A stretch of 64,000 nucleotides of DNA from Eledone cirrhosa (GCA_964016885.1 OZ024740.1:100688001-100752000); one strand, 5' to 3'; counted from the stretch's first letter, positions 25,901 through 41,095 are shown. Program-made: numbers and translations. Notes: generated by a model not told the origin, from the sequence alone.

Positions 25901-26499
25901 ATGGAGGTGTACTTAGTGGTGAGGAGAGAAGCTACTAGGGTATAATATTTATTTTGAGAATAATACCTTAACATCAGTATGAGCAGCCAGTTATGGCCTG
26001 TTTGAACAGAAAGAGTTGAGAGAATTCTGGCCAGATATGGCCAGTTTGAATGCTAAAGGGTTAAAACAGTTTATTTACAATAATAATTTATAATACCGGT
26101 TTCACAAGTATCATGATTTTCAACTTGTTTTTCCTATATTTTTGCCTGTGTGGGATATTAAAAAACCTAACTTTCGAATATATATATGTGTGTATATATA
26201 AATATATGATTTAAATTAAAGCCATATATCATTTGAGAAACATATAGTATTTTGTACATATATAAAGCACAAAATGTTTAGGAAAAAATACGTCCTTTAA
26301 GGTGGAAAAGTTAATTCCATATAGTACCATTTCATGGTTCGTAAACCATTACATAAAACGATCGAAGCAATCTATCATCGATCACCAACTATCGATTTTG
26401 GTAAATCTACAGGTATGTGAACCAATCATCAGAGGAATTCGTCTTTAGATAAGTTCCAATAGTGTGTGTGTTTTTGGATATATGATATAAACAAATAAA

Positions 26500-27495
26500 T
26501 TAAACATGTTTTGTTGGATGTGAAATACATGGGAATCACTGAGCAGGATTAAACTGAGAAAAGTTGAGAATATGAGAAATAAATGTAGTGTGTATGGTAC
26601 AGAGAGTTCAAAGTGGATAGAACCTATTGAAGAGGGTGAAGAAGGAAGATATGGGATGAAGTTGTGAAGAATGATCTCAAGAAACAGAACCTCACAAAGG
26701 AAAAGACAAACAATCAAGCTGACTGGCAATATACCAACATACAAATGACCCATCCACCAGAACAAGCACTGCAACACTAAGAGTAATGTGGTGAGAGACC
26801 AGAGGCTGTTGTATTGGGGTCTAAATGAGACAATATTGGGATTGAGAAGATTCTTCAGTCTAGATGAACAAGTAACAACCTTTCTAGTGCTGGTGACATT
26901 GAAGATATAATAATGTTGTCAACCTCCACCACTACCAAACCCAATTATGTCACCTATATATAAAATCATAATCATCACCATACTCCCTTCGCCCTGCCAT
27001 TCTATCCAACCATATCCTATTTAACTCCTATAGAGCAGAGAGGGTTCCTCAATTGACTCGATTACTAATAACATCCCTAGTGTTGGTACCATAATAAATT
27101 GCACCCAGTGTCGATAGGAAGAGCATTCAGTATTAGAAACCATGCAAAAAAAAAAAGAAAAAAGGGTTGGGAAGACTCTTCAGTGTGTGGAAGGCACAAA
27201 AACCTCTCTAGTATTGATAACATAATAAAACACACCTGATGCCTTCTGAAAAGATTCGATGATAGGAAAGGTATCCAAGCATAGACAATTTACCAAATAA
27301 AGTGTAGAAAGGAGTCTTTGGTTGTGTCAAAGATATGATTACTTCCATAGTGCTTGTATGGCATTTCTAACTCCCAAGTGTACAAGAACATATATAAGTG
27401 AGATGTATCCTTGACCATCTGAGAGATCTGTGGCTCTGATTACGTGAGCTGTCCAACCTTTGCTAGCAAGGAAAATGGATGTTAAATGATGATTA
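26500..27495 (+). mobile_element. Degenerate RTE 3' end on the plus strand
   Basis: WDEVVKNDLKKQNLTK-like remnant at ~26650 and the terminus GCTAGCAAGGAAAATGGATGTTAAATGATGAT at 27462-27495. Confidence 0.6.
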
Positions 27496-27531
27496 TGATA
27501 TATACAGTGCCAGTGTGCTAACATTATTTCA

Positions 27532-27716
27532 GGTGGATTGGCAGTATCAGTAGAGGGTCGGACGCCCTTCTTTCCAGCATAGTTACGTCCCTTTACGATC
27601 TGAGTTCAAATCCCGCCGAGGTTGACTTTGCCTTTCATCCTTACGGGGTCGATAAAATAAAGTACCAGTAATGCACTGGGTAATTGCTGGCCTTGTGCCT
27701 AAAGTAGAAACAATTA
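27532..27716 (+). mobile_element. tRNA-derived SINE (family A; octopus OK-like)
   Basis: B box GAGTTCAAATCC, core GCCTTTCATCCTTACGGGGTCGATAAAATAAAGTACC, tail GGCCTTGTGCCTAAAGTAGAAACAATT. More than ten similar copies occur in the window. Confidence 0.85.
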
Positions 27717-28286
27717 TTTCAATGTTATACTTTATGAGAGAAAATATCTGCCAATTTTAAAATCAACATTATATATATAAACATATGTAAACAGCTCGAC
27801 TGTATACTCTATATACTATGTATTTGAGGACAGAAAAATAAGTATTAAATGTATGAGTTTGAATCCTCTGTTGCAAATTCATTGGTGACTAGTTAACCAC
27901 TTTAACTTTCTACGAAGAAAGGTGTTTACTTCTGAGTATACATAGAGTATTGTTAAAAATCTATGGTTACATTCTGTAATACATTGAAATAGAAACTATT
28001 AATGCATCAGTAATTCATTAATTGAACTAGCAGCCAAGATTGCATTATATATGCAAAGTTGTCTATTTTTTATATATTATCATCTATATATCTTAAGACA
28101 TTAGTAATAGTGAGATCATAAGTAGTTCAAAGACTACATCTTGCTGAGGTCAACTTTATTCAGTGCCAATAACAAAGTACTAGTCAAGTAATAGAGATTG
28201 ATATAATTTACTTCCACCCTTCACCCTCCAAATTGCTGGCCGTATGTCTAAATTAGAAAGCATTGTTATAACTATTATGAGGGCAG

Positions 28287-28463
28287 GGGATTGGCAATAT
28301 CAGGTCGGACGCCATGTTTTCCAGCATAGTTACGTCCCTTTACGGTCTGAGTTCAAATTCCGCCAAGGTTAACTTTGCCTTTCATCCTTACGGGGTCGAT
28401 AAAATAAAGTACAAGTAATGTACTGGGTAATTGATGGCCTTGTGCCTAAAGTAGAAACAATTA
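28287..28463 (+). mobile_element. SINE family A copy
   Basis: Near-identical to 27532-27716. Confidence 0.85.
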
Positions 28464-28585
28464 TTATAACTATTATGATATTTATTTTTAATCCTACTCA
28501 CATAGTTTGTTAAACATTTATCAACAAGCTAAATACTATGTAAAAAGATAATGTATACTATAATGCATATCTGAATGTATGTATA

Positions 28586-29100
28586 TCATCATCACCACAA
28601 CCATTGTTTTATATCCATTTTTCCATGCTAACATGGGTTAGATAAGTTGTCCCATTGTGAGACACACCAGATCAGATGACTGTCTTGCTCATAAAGAACT
28701 GAATCTGGCTTGGTTTCTATGGCTGAACACCTTTCCTAATGCCAACCACATTTACAATGTGTACTGTGCTTTTGTTGTGACACCTACATGACCACTTTAC
28801 AGTGTGGACTGGGTGCTTTTTTTCATGTCACCAACATGATCACTTTACAGTGTGAACTGGGTGCTTGGGTGGGGTGGTGTGGTGTTTGAGTATTGGAGAG
28901 GTAGATATAGGATGGGGTACTTATCTGTTGAAGGATGGGGTGTAGAGATATGGATGAAGCATGGGTTGTTAGGATGTGGAAGGTGTATGGAAGGGGGAAA
29001 AGGAAGGTAAGGGAAAGTGGTGCATACTAGATGTATGCGTCAACCTGTGCACATGGGAAGGTGGGTCTTCTGTATTACTGCATAATGCCAGAGATCTTGA
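28586..29100 (-). mobile_element. 5'-truncated RTE 3' end with extended tail
   Basis: Same layout as 8196-8552 and 21913-22460. Confidence 0.7.
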
Positions 29101-30593
29101 TGTATGCATGTTTGTTCTGTATATACCTATATGAATGCATGGTCTCTCTCACATATATATATATATACATCAACTAGAAATTGATTGACATATCTACAGT
29201 GGATATGCGCATGTCTTTCGGACATGACACCCTTAATTTAATTTTGTATATATATATATATATATGTATGTATGAGTGTGTGTATGAGTATGTACAAATG
29301 TATTAATATGTGTATGTATGTATTATGTATTTGTATGTATGCATGTATATTTGTGTTTATGTATATGTATGCATATATATGTGTGCGATCTCATGAAATA
29401 TGATGCTTACCTCGTATAAAACATGTTATATATGACATAATGACTAGATGAGCAACCAACATCAACAATTCATGATCAAAATTTAGATTGCACAACTCAA
29501 GAGAGAGAAAATATATCTAAAAAATAAGACCACATTTAATATTTTAGTGGAATACAATGAAGGGGTAAGAAGTAAAAAATATATCATTTATCTAAACCTG
29601 TGAGCTGGGATATATGTTAAAGAAGAATGAAAGTGACTGGGTGAAAATGATGGAAATAGAGCAGTGAAGAAAAATGGAATGAGTTGGTTAGGTGATGTGT
29701 TGAGGAAGGAAGTATGGAGTGATGTTCAATTCTATTTTTCAGTAGAAACCTTTCAGTTACTTAAAGTTAAAAAACATTTTTCTAGAGCCACGGATCTTTT
29801 TCTGTTGTTTCTCCTGATTTCATGGAGTATTAAGCAACTGAGAGTACTGAGGTAACATTAAATGACTTGCTATGCTCAAAGACTCAATGTGACACCTGTT
29901 CTGGTGATCAAACCTACAACATTATGATCATGAAACCAATACACTACACAGTAAGCCACACTCCTTTACAAATCATTAACTCTTATAAAATGAAATTCTT
30001 GGCATTTGTTATTAATCAGATAAATTCCATGTTTGAGATGTTTATGCAAACTGCACTTCAATACTATTATTCGGTTTTGGGGTGAGGGGTGGGGGGATTA
30101 TTTCACCTATTAATGACAATTCAGATGGCATAATAGATTAATAACTAAACCTTTATCATTTTCCTGACAACTGTTATAGCTGTTGCATTAGGCTCAACAA
30201 CCCAGAATACATTTAAAAGAATTCCACTCAAATAATTGGCAAATGTTTAACACCTCAATACACTACAATCACAGAATCACTGATATGCTATTACTCACCT
30301 CAGCCTTTTCTACAACTCTCATATGTGAGGTGGTATATATATATTTTAAAATGTGTTTATGTATGTGTATATACATTATATATTTATGTTCATACATGGA
30401 ACAAAAGCATGACCAAAGTTTTCAAGACTGAATATTGACTATATCTCCAGAATATAGGAGGGATCAAAATTGTGACCTAATCTTCAGGTGGTTATACGAG
30501 TTTAATATTTGAATATTTCAGCTCTCTTCCCAATTGACAAGTTTTCCTCTGTCACACCTATGTATATTGCTACATTATATATATATATATATA

Positions 30594-33020
30594 TCATCAT
30601 CATCATCATCATCATTTTACGTCCGCTTTTCCCTGCTTGCAAGGGTGGGACGGGTCTTATTCAGCACATCATCTCTCCACTTGTCACGGTCCTTCGTCAT
30701 CTCCACCGTGAGCTTCACCAATCTGAGGTCTGTTCTCACCACCTCCGCCCATGTTTTTCGTGGTCTGCCTCTACCACATCTTCCTTTAACTGGCATTTCC
30801 TGGCACTTCTTCACCCATCGGTCATCCTCCATGCACATCACATGTCCATAACACCTCAGTCTCCTCTCTCACACACTACATTCTATCCCTCTCAGACACA
30901 GTTTCTTTCTCAACACATTCATGCTGAGTCGTTCACGCACATTGACATTGCACATCCAACAGAGTATGCTTGCCTCTTTCCTCTCCAGCCTTCGCATATC
31001 CTCTGCAGTTGCTGCCCATGTTTCACTACCATGCAGCATCGCGCTCTTCACACAAGCATCATATAACCGGCCTTTCGTATGCAGGGAGAAACCCTTCTTC
31101 GTCAGCAGACAAAGCAGCTCCCTAAACTTCTTCAAACCCGTCCTTATTCTAGATACTATGGCCTCGGAACCCCCCCCCCCCCTCCCATGCTAATCTGATC
31201 TCCTAGGTACCGGAAGCTATCCACCACTTCTATAGCACCCGCCTGCATTTGAAAAATGTGTCTATCAATGCAACTTCTACTGTCTAATTTCCCTGTACAT
31301 CTACTGCATACATATTTCTCCCTACCTGTTAGTTTGCCTGCTATCCCACTACATCTATTGTGTACCCAGGATCTGCATTGTGTGCATTTTATAGAATTTA
31401 TGCAAGGTCCTTTTCTGCATATCGAACATGGCCATTTCCCTGACGGAATCAGAGTTTTGTCCTCTTATCTACTTATCAACACTTTTGTCTTAGCTAGGTT
31501 CACTCTCAGTCCTCTTGCTTCCAACTGCTGTTTCCATAGCCAGAATTTATTCTCTAGCTCCTCTACTGATTCTGCCATAAGAACCAGATCATCAGCATAG
31601 AGAAGTTCCCATGGACAGCCAGTCTTAAACTCCTCTGTTATGGCTTGGAGGACTATAATGAACAAGAGCGGGCTGAGGATCGAACCTTAATGTACTCCTA
31701 CTTGTATCTGGAATTCCTCACTAAACTTCATTTCCTACTCTGACTTTACTGACAGTACCTCTGTACAAAGTTTGCACTGTCCTCACAAACCATTCCTCAA
31801 CACCTAGTTTCCGTTGGACCACCAGATGACAGATCGGGGTATCCTATCAAAGGCCTTCTCTAGGTCAACAAAGGCTAAGTATAGTGGCTTTTTTTTTTTC
31901 TCTAAGAACCTCTCTTGTAATTGTCTCACCAAGAAGAGGGCATCTGTTGCACTTTTCACAGGCACAAAACCAAACTGCATCTCATCTAGTTTGACCCTTT
32001 CTCTAATTAGTTGTGCTAATATCATTTCTGCCACTTTCATAACCTGATCCATCAGTTTTATATCCCTATAACTGCTCCTCTCCAGAGCACCCCCTTTACC
32101 TTTGTAGCAATTTATGAGAATACTGCTGCACCAGTCTCTGGGTATGACACCACCATATATAGCCTGATTGATGATGCATGCAACCAGTTTAGTGCCTACG
32201 TCCCCTGATGCATTCAGCATCTCAGCAACCATACCATTTTTTTCATTTCCTTAATCGCCTCTTGGACCCTATATTCGTCAATCTCAATAGCTGGTCCCTC
32301 TGTCAGAGCTACTAAGGGTAATTACTCTCTCTCCCATTCGTCCTCCACATTCATCAGTCTCTCATAATGACATTTCCAGGCCTCCTTTTTCTGATCATTC
32401 GTGACACTAAGTACACCGGCATCATTCCGGACACATTTATCTCCAACAACATCCTGATTTGCATTGACACACTGCCATGCAATGTGGAACACAGCATGCC
32501 TCTGATCTTCTCATCGCAGAACATTGGCAAACCTCCTACTCTCAGCCTCCCTGCGTACTAAGTACACCTGATGTCTAGGTTCTCTCTTAGCGGCTCTATA
32601 TTCTTCCCTACTCCCACCCTTTTTCCAAGCCTTCCATGCTAGTCTTTTGTCTCTAATGGCCTTATCTACTGTGCTGTTCCACCATCAGGTCACTCTCTGT
32701 CTGGTTGGAGCTCTGCTCCAGCTAAAAGTTTCATCAGTAGCCTGCAGTAAGTTGTCAAATAAGAAATTCATACGTCTCTAAATCGTCTTCTTTTTCGTCA
32801 TTCACATCTTGAAGCGCTTTCCTAAATTTGTATTTTAGTGAAAGGTCTTTTAGCTTCCAGACCTTTCTTCTCCACACCTTCCTGTATGTCTCATTCCATC
32901 TCTTGCTTACTGAGATATCACTAATGACTAACCGATGCTGTGGGGTACATTATTCTCCAGGGTATGCCTTGGTATTAGACACTATCTGCCTGTCCCGCTG
33001 CCTAACTAGTAAGAAGTCAA
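30594..33020 (-). mobile_element. RTE-clade LINE, decayed by frameshifts (endonuclease C-terminus to 3' tail)
   Basis: ORF pieces IPRDWCSSILINCYKGKG, QFGFVP, LAFVDLEKAFDRI, LYADD, GRPRKTWAEVV...EKRT*, directly followed by the (GAT)n tail. Confidence 0.93.
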
Positions 33021-33689
33021 TTAAGTCAACATTAAGTGCTCCAACTCTGAGATGCGACGTCTTCATATTTTGTGTTCCTATCTACTTGTTGCTGTGCTGA
33101 CAAGCGTTTTGGCATTGATACACTGGTTGGATGCCCTTCCTAACACCAGCGCCACTTTACAGCATGGACTGGGTGCTTTTATTTGTGCCACCAGCACTAG
33201 AGAGCATGTCTTACTAGACTCAAGGGCCTATCTACCCCTCCATTTTACAGCATGGTCATAAAAAAACAAAACAAAAAAACACACTTATTGACACTCACGA
33301 CGCACACACACAATCACTCACACACCAACACTCATGCATACAAACTACAAACACACATGCCACTCATACATCAACACTCATGCATACAAACACACACACC
33401 ACTCACACAAACACATACATACATATATATATATATATTACCGTCAGTACTGATACAAAATCAAAATCATGTCAACTGTTGACTTTTCCAGTCCAGATTC
33501 AATTTTTATATACTAATATAATAATAATAATAATAATTAATTGTTTGCTTTACAGCAAAGAGCAACGGCGCTACATTCTCCGGGCCCCCTAAATAAGGCA
33601 CCAGCAATGCGCTGGGACAATCGCTGCCCCGTGCCAAGAACAGAATAGTTATTTAGTATTATTATAGTTGTTTTTAAGGCCTGATCGCT

Positions 33690-34450
33690 GGTGATGGTGG
33701 TGGATAGTGTCAGTGATGGTGATGGTGGTGGTGGATGATGCCAGTGATGGTGGTGTTGCTGGTGAATGGTGGTGGTGATGGTGGTGGTGGATGATATCAG
33801 TAATGGTGATGGTGGTGGTGCCGGTAGTGGTGGTGGTGAAGGTGGTGGATGGTGTCAGTGATGGTGATGGTGGTGGATGATGACAGTGATGGTGGATGGT
33901 GCCAGTGATGGTGGTGGTGATGGAGGTGGTGGATGATGACAGTGATGGTGGTGGTTGTGGTGGTGGTGAAGGTGGTGGATGGTGTCAGTGATGGTAATGG
34001 TGGTGGATGGTGGTGGTGGTGCTGGATGGTGCCAGTGATGGTAGTGGTGGTGGTTGTGGTGGTGGGGAAGGTGGTGGACGGTGTCAGTTGAAATTCAGTT
34101 GATGGTGGTGGCAGTTGTTGTTGTTGTCGTTGTTAGTGTTGTTGTTGTTGCTGTTGCTGTTGTCGTTGTTGTTGTTGTTGTTGCTGCTGCTGCTGCCGTT
34201 GTTGTTGTACATTTCACTGATGCAGACAATGGTGTTGTTGCTGTTGTTGTTGTTGCTGTTGTTGTAGTCGCTGGGTTGAAATTTTGAAATTTGTTCGCTT
34301 CGCGTGTGTGATATATACACGTACATATATATACATACACATATATATATATATACATACATACACACACATTCAACACAGATAACGGTGTTGTTGCTGT
34401 TGTTGTTGTTGTTGTTATCGCTGTTGTTGTAGTTGTTGCTGTGTTGAAAT
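33690..34450. repeat. Degenerate (GGT)n/(GAT)n tract followed by (GTT)n tracts
   Basis: Visible directly; it generates the poly-V/T/N ORFs. Confidence 0.9.
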
Positions 34451-35297
34451 CTGGTCTCATCCACTGACATATATATATATATATATATATACCTACATAT
34501 ATACACACACATACATATATATATACACACACATACAGCAAAGGAGTTAGCAGTTTGTCAACATGTAGTGTAGATAGGGTAATGACTTATGTGGTGGTGG
34601 TGGTGGGGAGCGAGTGTAGACGTTATTGTGGTGGTGGGGGCCAGTGAGATGTACAAGTTCATTGTCCCTTTTTTCCTCTCTTTTCAAAATTTGAATTTAT
34701 GGATTTTTGCAATGGCGGACAAGTAAGCGTAAAATGTAAAACTTTCAAATAGAGATTGCTCTGGAAGAATATATGCAATATTTCTGTAGCTTCCACAGCT
34801 TTTGTCAGAACATCTTCCGCACCGAATGAGCAAACATGTTATATATATATATAAATTTGCAAAGGAATAGGGGCTGTGTTATTGCTGGATAAAGTGTATT
34901 TATATATATAATTTAATAAATTTAGAGTGAATAACCAATTTAGATTCATAACATAACTTTACCCTACAAACCTATCAATGTATAACAATGGCCATACCTC
35001 AATATATTTTGGGCATTAGTCTGCTGGTCTACACATCTTCAGGGATACAAATATTGCTATAAGCTTCAAGATAAAAACATGCAAAAAGTGACATCATATT
35101 ACAAATTAGACTCATATCATATAAAAAAAAATGCATGGCAAGCGTTATTTTATTTAAAAGCATCACAAGGTGCAATCAAAAGCAGATTTAGAAGCAGTAT
35201 GATAAAACTGAATAATTTTGTGCATTAATTCAGTTGCAAAAATGTTATATTTATAATCGATACCTAAATTATGTCAAAGAAGCTTGTGAAAAGGGAT

Positions 35298-35485
35298 TGT
35301 GGATTGGCAGTATCAGTAGAGGGTCGGACGCCATGCTTTCCAGCATAGAGTTACGGCCCTTGCCATTCTGAGTTCAAATCCCGCCGAGGTTAACTTTGCC
35401 TTTCATCCTTACGGGGTCGATAAAATAAAGTACCAGTAATACACTGGGTAATTGCTGGCCTTGTGCCAAAAGTAGAAACAATTAT
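35298..35485 (+). mobile_element. SINE family A copy
   Basis: Homologous to 27532-27716. Confidence 0.85.
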
Positions 35486-36249
35486 AACATTAAGCGGTTT
35501 TAAAATACAATATAATAAAACATAGTGCTCTCGTGCTTCCATACAACCACAAAAATACGTTATTATATGAAATAATCAAACAACAAACATGTGTGTGTAC
35601 ATATATACGAATGAATATAAAACTGGACAGGATGTATGTTAATTTGAAGCCAAAGTCTTTTAAGGAAAATTTCCCCTTATATAAAAGAATCATTTTTTTC
35701 TAAATAGCAAAATATATTATTAACCTTATTTATATTATCGTATCTTATAGTTCGATAACCAGATAAAATTAAAAAGCAATTTAATAAATCATTAAATTCC
35801 CAGTGACATAAGTATGTAAATGATTTTAAAAAGAATATATACTCAGCGTTACTTTTATATAACTCAGTGTGTGTGTGTGTGTGTGTGTTCCATTTGCTGT
35901 TGGTTTTAATTATTCTAGACTTAAGATAATTATTATGGTAGACTAATTAAGCTGTAAAGTCTATATAGTGCCCAGATATACATTGGTTATATAATTATAA
36001 TTAAATGATACTTCAAACCTTATTACAATTGCGTCGATAATTTGCGTATTCCGAAAGTAGGTATAAATTATCTTATTTTATTAAATGCTGAGCTCTGCAG
36101 GTTGTACCATAATAGTCTAAGTCTATAACGTAATCTACAGAGGTTGAAAAATCATTCAGCCTTTTGGGTTACCGATTGACCAAGGATTAGCATTGAGCTT
36201 CAATGATTTTACCAGGACATATATTGGTAAACTCTAATATAACCTAACA

Positions 36250-36311
<62 letters not shown>

Positions 36312-36327
36312 ACACACCCACACACAC

Positions 36328-36344
<17 letters not shown>

Positions 36345-36359
<15 letters not shown>

Positions 36360-36982
36360 TACTACTGCTCTGTGATTGTGTGCTTGTCTGATATCTAAAA
36401 CCGCCAAATCGGCGAATAATGGGAAAATACATTGAAAAGAAGTTGTCCCTGAAATGGGAATACAAATGGAATAAAACAAGTTTCGCGTAAATCGGATCAC
36501 GGGTTCCTGAGATAAGGGGTTTTTCCGGGTACTATCTTAGAGAGAGAAAGAGAATGGGTGAAAGAGGGGCATAGAAAGAGAGAGGAGGAGACAGACAAGG
36601 AAAATGGAAGAGTGAGAGAATGTTGGTGGTGATGTTGTTATAACAGGTGACTACAAAGTATCGAATTACTGTTTCTAGCTTGAATTTGGTGACTGAATAT
36701 TAAGTCACGTGTAACATATAACTTATGTTAGGACAGGATGTGTGAAGCGAATATTTCCCGCTAAATAGGAAGGTTTCTAAGAGTGTCTGAGTATATATAT
36801 ATATATAAATATATGTGTCTGTGTGTCTATTTGTGTGTGACCAGTGTATATAGGTCAGACACCCACTTATATAAACACACACTCATTATATATATATATA
36901 TACATTGGCCTTCCAATTTCATTTTAGATTATATACATGCCTGTGTATATTACAATTATTTAGAAATTATTTTTAAGTGAAT
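36345..36982 (+). mobile_element. Non-autonomous Helitron copy, 3'-truncated
   Basis: Colinear with 38023-38757 (for example CCTGAAATGGGAATACAAATGGA..AAACAAGTTTCGCGTAAATC). Confidence 0.65.
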
Positions 36983-36984
36983 GT

Positions 36985-37760
36985 GACCCCTCTCTCACTA
37001 AACCAATAAGCCCTTTGCCCATCTCTATATCCGACTACATATCTCACTCTCTCACTCTCACAATTCCCCGTCTATATATACCAATACATACCTCACTCTC
37101 CATCATTCTCACAATTCCCTCTCTCTCATAAAACCACCAAATTCTTTGCCACTCTCTATATCTCACTAAATATCTCACTCTCTCACAACCCCCCCCCCCC
37201 TCACACTAGATTACCAAAGTCTCTCCCCTCTCTATATACCAGTACATACCTCACTCTCTATCACTCTCGTAATTCCTACACTCTCACTAGCCCGCTAAAC
37301 TCTTTCCACCTCACTACATCACACTACATGCCTCACTCTCTATCACTTTCAGAATTAACCCTCTCTCACTATACCATCAAACACTCTGCCCCTCTATATA
37401 TCCCACTACATACCTCATTCTCTAACAATTCCCTCTCTCTCACTAAACCACCAAATTCTCTCCCCCTCTTTATATTCCGCTACATACCTCACTCTCTCAC
37501 TAGGCCAATATACTCTCTCCCCCTCTCTATAGCCCACTACATACCTCACACTCACATTTCCCCCTCTCTCATGACACTAAATTTGGTCCCCTCTCTATAT
37601 TCCACTAAATACGTAATTCTCTTTCACTCTCACAAGGCCCTCTCAGTAAACTAACAAATTCTCTCCTGCTCTCTATATCTCACTACATACCTCACTCTCT
37701 CTCTCTCACAATTTCACTCAAACTAGACGACCAAATTCTCTCTCTATGTATATATACCCC
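36985..37760. repeat. Degenerate CT-rich minisatellite
   Basis: Recurrent CTCTATAT..CACTACATACCTCACTCT units. Confidence 0.8.
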
Positions 37761-38022
37761 ACTGCAATATTTTTTACTTTGAAACAACGTTTTCCTCTTC
37801 TGTAAAGAACGACAAAGTTCTTCATCCCTTCCCCCACCTTTTCAACGCTTGGGCTCTGGGAGAGATCTTTCTTTTTATGGTGGTGTGCTTTTGTTTAATT
37901 ATTTGACAAGAGTTTAAAATATGTGGTGGTGGAGGGGTGGAGGTGGTGTGTTTATGGTAGTAGTAGTGTGGTGGTGTAGAGGATGATGTTGGTGGTAATG
38001 TTGTTTATTTTGAATATATCTA

Positions 38023-38757
38023 TCTATATATATACTACTAAAACTTTGTGATTGTGTGCTTGTCTGTAATTTGATACAGCCAAAACGGTGCATAAGGGGA
38101 AAAGACTTTAAAAAGAAGTTGCTCCTGAAATGGGAATACAAATGGATTAAAACAAGTTTCGCGTAAATCAGATCACGGGTTCTCGGGATACGGTTTTTTT
38201 CAAGGTGCCTTCATAAATAGAGAGAAAGAACGATAGAAAGAGATAGTGGTTGTGAGAGAGTAGATTGAAAGAAAGACATAGAGAGAGAGTGTGTGAGAGA
38301 AGGAGACAGAAAAGAAAAATGGAAGACAGAGAGAGTTGTTGTTGTTGAATGAAATAATAACAGGTGACTTCAAAGAATCAAGTACACCATTACTGCATCT
38401 AACTAAAATTTAGTGACAATATTAAGTCATATGTATCTTATAACTTGTGTTAGGACAGGATGTGTAGCGAATATTTCCTGTTAAATAGGAAGGGTTTCTA
38501 ATTTTGTGTGTATATCTGTGTGTGTATATATATTTATATATATGTGTGTGTGTGTGTGTGTCTGAAACCAGTGTATATAGGTCACAGACACCTATATATA
38601 TATATACATACACACATATATATATGGACCATCCAATTTATTTTACATTATATACTTGTCTGTGTATATTTAAATTATTTAAAAATTATTTTTAAGCGAA
38701 CACGATTTTAAAAAAAATATTAACTGAGTATTAGCCAAGAGGTTACGGGTGGTCTAG
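38023..38757 (+). mobile_element. Non-autonomous Helitron
   Basis: A|TC start (TCTATATATATACTACTAAAA) and CTAG|T end at 38754-57 with a degenerate subterminal hairpin. Confidence 0.65.
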
Positions 38758-40915
38758 TATATATATATATCATCATCAACATCACTGTTAAACATCCATT
38801 TTCCCACGCTAGCATGGGTTAAATGAGTTGTCCTATTGTGAATGAAGTCAGATCAGATGACCATGTCTTGCTCATACAGAACTATTTTGGGTTTGGTTTC
38901 TATGGCTGGATGCCTTTTATCGTCGCAAAGACTACCACATTACAGTATGGAATGGGCACTTTTTGTTGTGACAGCTACACGACCATCTTCCATATATATG
39001 GAAAGCATGTGTGTTTAAAAAATTGCAAGTGGAATTTGAAAATTGAATTTGAAAGTTTTGCAGGAAATTATTCACCCACATATTCCTGAGAGAGACATGG
39101 GGACTCATCTGAAGACCAAGCTTTGCTAAATCTTCCCAGTATATGGTCAGTACATCCTAGAGCTGATCAATCACGTTGCTGAATAGGGTGTCATCCATGT
39201 ATTCCAGGTCGATAGGGTGGTGGCTCCCAAATTTAATGCCAGTAACTCACACATAGATCTTGGTCATGAGATAGTTAAGGACACAGTATACATATACTGG
39301 TCATCAGATAGTTGAGGACACAGTATACATATATACACGTTCAGTTCTTCCAATTATTCTACAAATTCTAATACACGCGTGCTTCAAGTTGGATTTTCAA
39401 GATAAGAGGTGTGTGTGTGTGTGTGTGTGTGTTTATGAAAACGTAAGAGAAAGCAAGCTTGCTAAACACCAACTTTTTGTACATGTTATAAAGTCCCCTC
39501 TTTTTTTATATATATATTCTTATTGTGTCCACAAGAGTGTCAGCTACAAAGCTTGGGTAGATGTGGTTCTGCTACAGCTGAACACAATGGTGTTCTTTCT
39601 TATTAAACTCTGCCAAGCCCTATACTGTGCAGGGGTGTTCCAGTAAGGGGCACATCAGGGGGTGTTGTGTAGTCTATGGTTCGATGCCACAGTCACACAC
39701 AACGTCCCCATTTTGCCAGATTGGCTTTTGCACAACCAACACCAAATCTTATCTTTTTCCTTATATATATATACATTTACTTTTCTGAGCTGCTTAAATA
39801 AGAGCGACCATCCAGAATGTTCTGAATCCCCGCCTACCATCATAAATACAGTCAACCAGTGATTGACCAATTGAAAACTTGTAACCAATGATGATAATTT
39901 TTGACCAAAATAACGAATGATTTATAAAGCTACATCCATAAATTTTTTCTGCATTTAGTTATGCAGATCTGCCATCATAAATGGAGTGAAACACTCGTCA
40001 GTTAACCAGAATTGTAGATTAAGTATACGTGTCTCTGTGAAATGCTCAGCAACATACATGTTAATTTCATGATCAAGCTGTTCCATTCATTGAACAACTG
40101 GAATACTCATCCACTAGATTATTGTAGCCAATGGCATTATTGTTCACCATTGCGATATAAAACAAAGCTTATATATATAAATAAGTTAGCTGTCTACCTC
40201 CACTATCCAGCAACACTCACAAAAGCATCATTATACGCACATTCCATCAAAATCTTATTTCATACTCTCTTCTTCTGACTAAAAAATAAAGATAAAAATA
40301 CAAAAGGCTTCTAACGTTAGCCTCATCTTCACCAACCTATACTTTTACATCTCAACTAACTCCATATGAGTCCATCCTTAACAAAATAGAATGTGCAACA
40401 AATCGTCTTCATAATGTAATTGAATATGAACACAGTTGCATGTATACATAAACACTTAGACACATACACTATATTCTTTTTTTTTTTTTGTTTGTTTTAT
40501 TGGTTTCAGTTACAAGACCTCAGTATTGTTGGGGCACTGTGGTGAAGGGATTTATTTGAGCTTATCGACCCCACTACTTGACTGTTTTTTCAAGTCTGGT
40601 ACTTAGTTTATTGATCTCTTTTTGCTAAGTTACTGGACATAAACTAACAGTAAATGTAAACAGACATACGCAAATATACTTTTCAAGATGGATGACTAAC
40701 AACAACATGTGCTTTATTTACTGTCTAACTTTTTCCCATTTTCATTCTTTTTTATTCTCATCTATCTTCCTATTTCTTCTCTCTTCCAAGCATCCTCTCT
40801 TGTCTCTCACATTCTATCTTCTTACGAAGGATTAACGTTAAAACTTATTTTCTACTATATCAAACTAATACATCATCATCGTATTGTATTGTTCTCATGC
40901 GTTATTTTCCTTGTT

Positions 40916-41043
<128 letters not shown>

Positions 41044-41095
41044 AATTTAGAAGAAACAAGGGGCTGTGTGGTTACTTGATAAAGTGTATTTAGAA

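Noticed and set aside
26380-26445. Minus-strand CTGATGA-TTGGT..ACCAA motif
   Set aside because: It is not followed by GAAA in register and has no stem I. The 13-nt match to ~18118 may be chance.
34054-34541. Poly-V/T/N and HT/CV/IY ORFs here and at other microsatellites
   Set aside because: They are translations of simple repeats, not genes.
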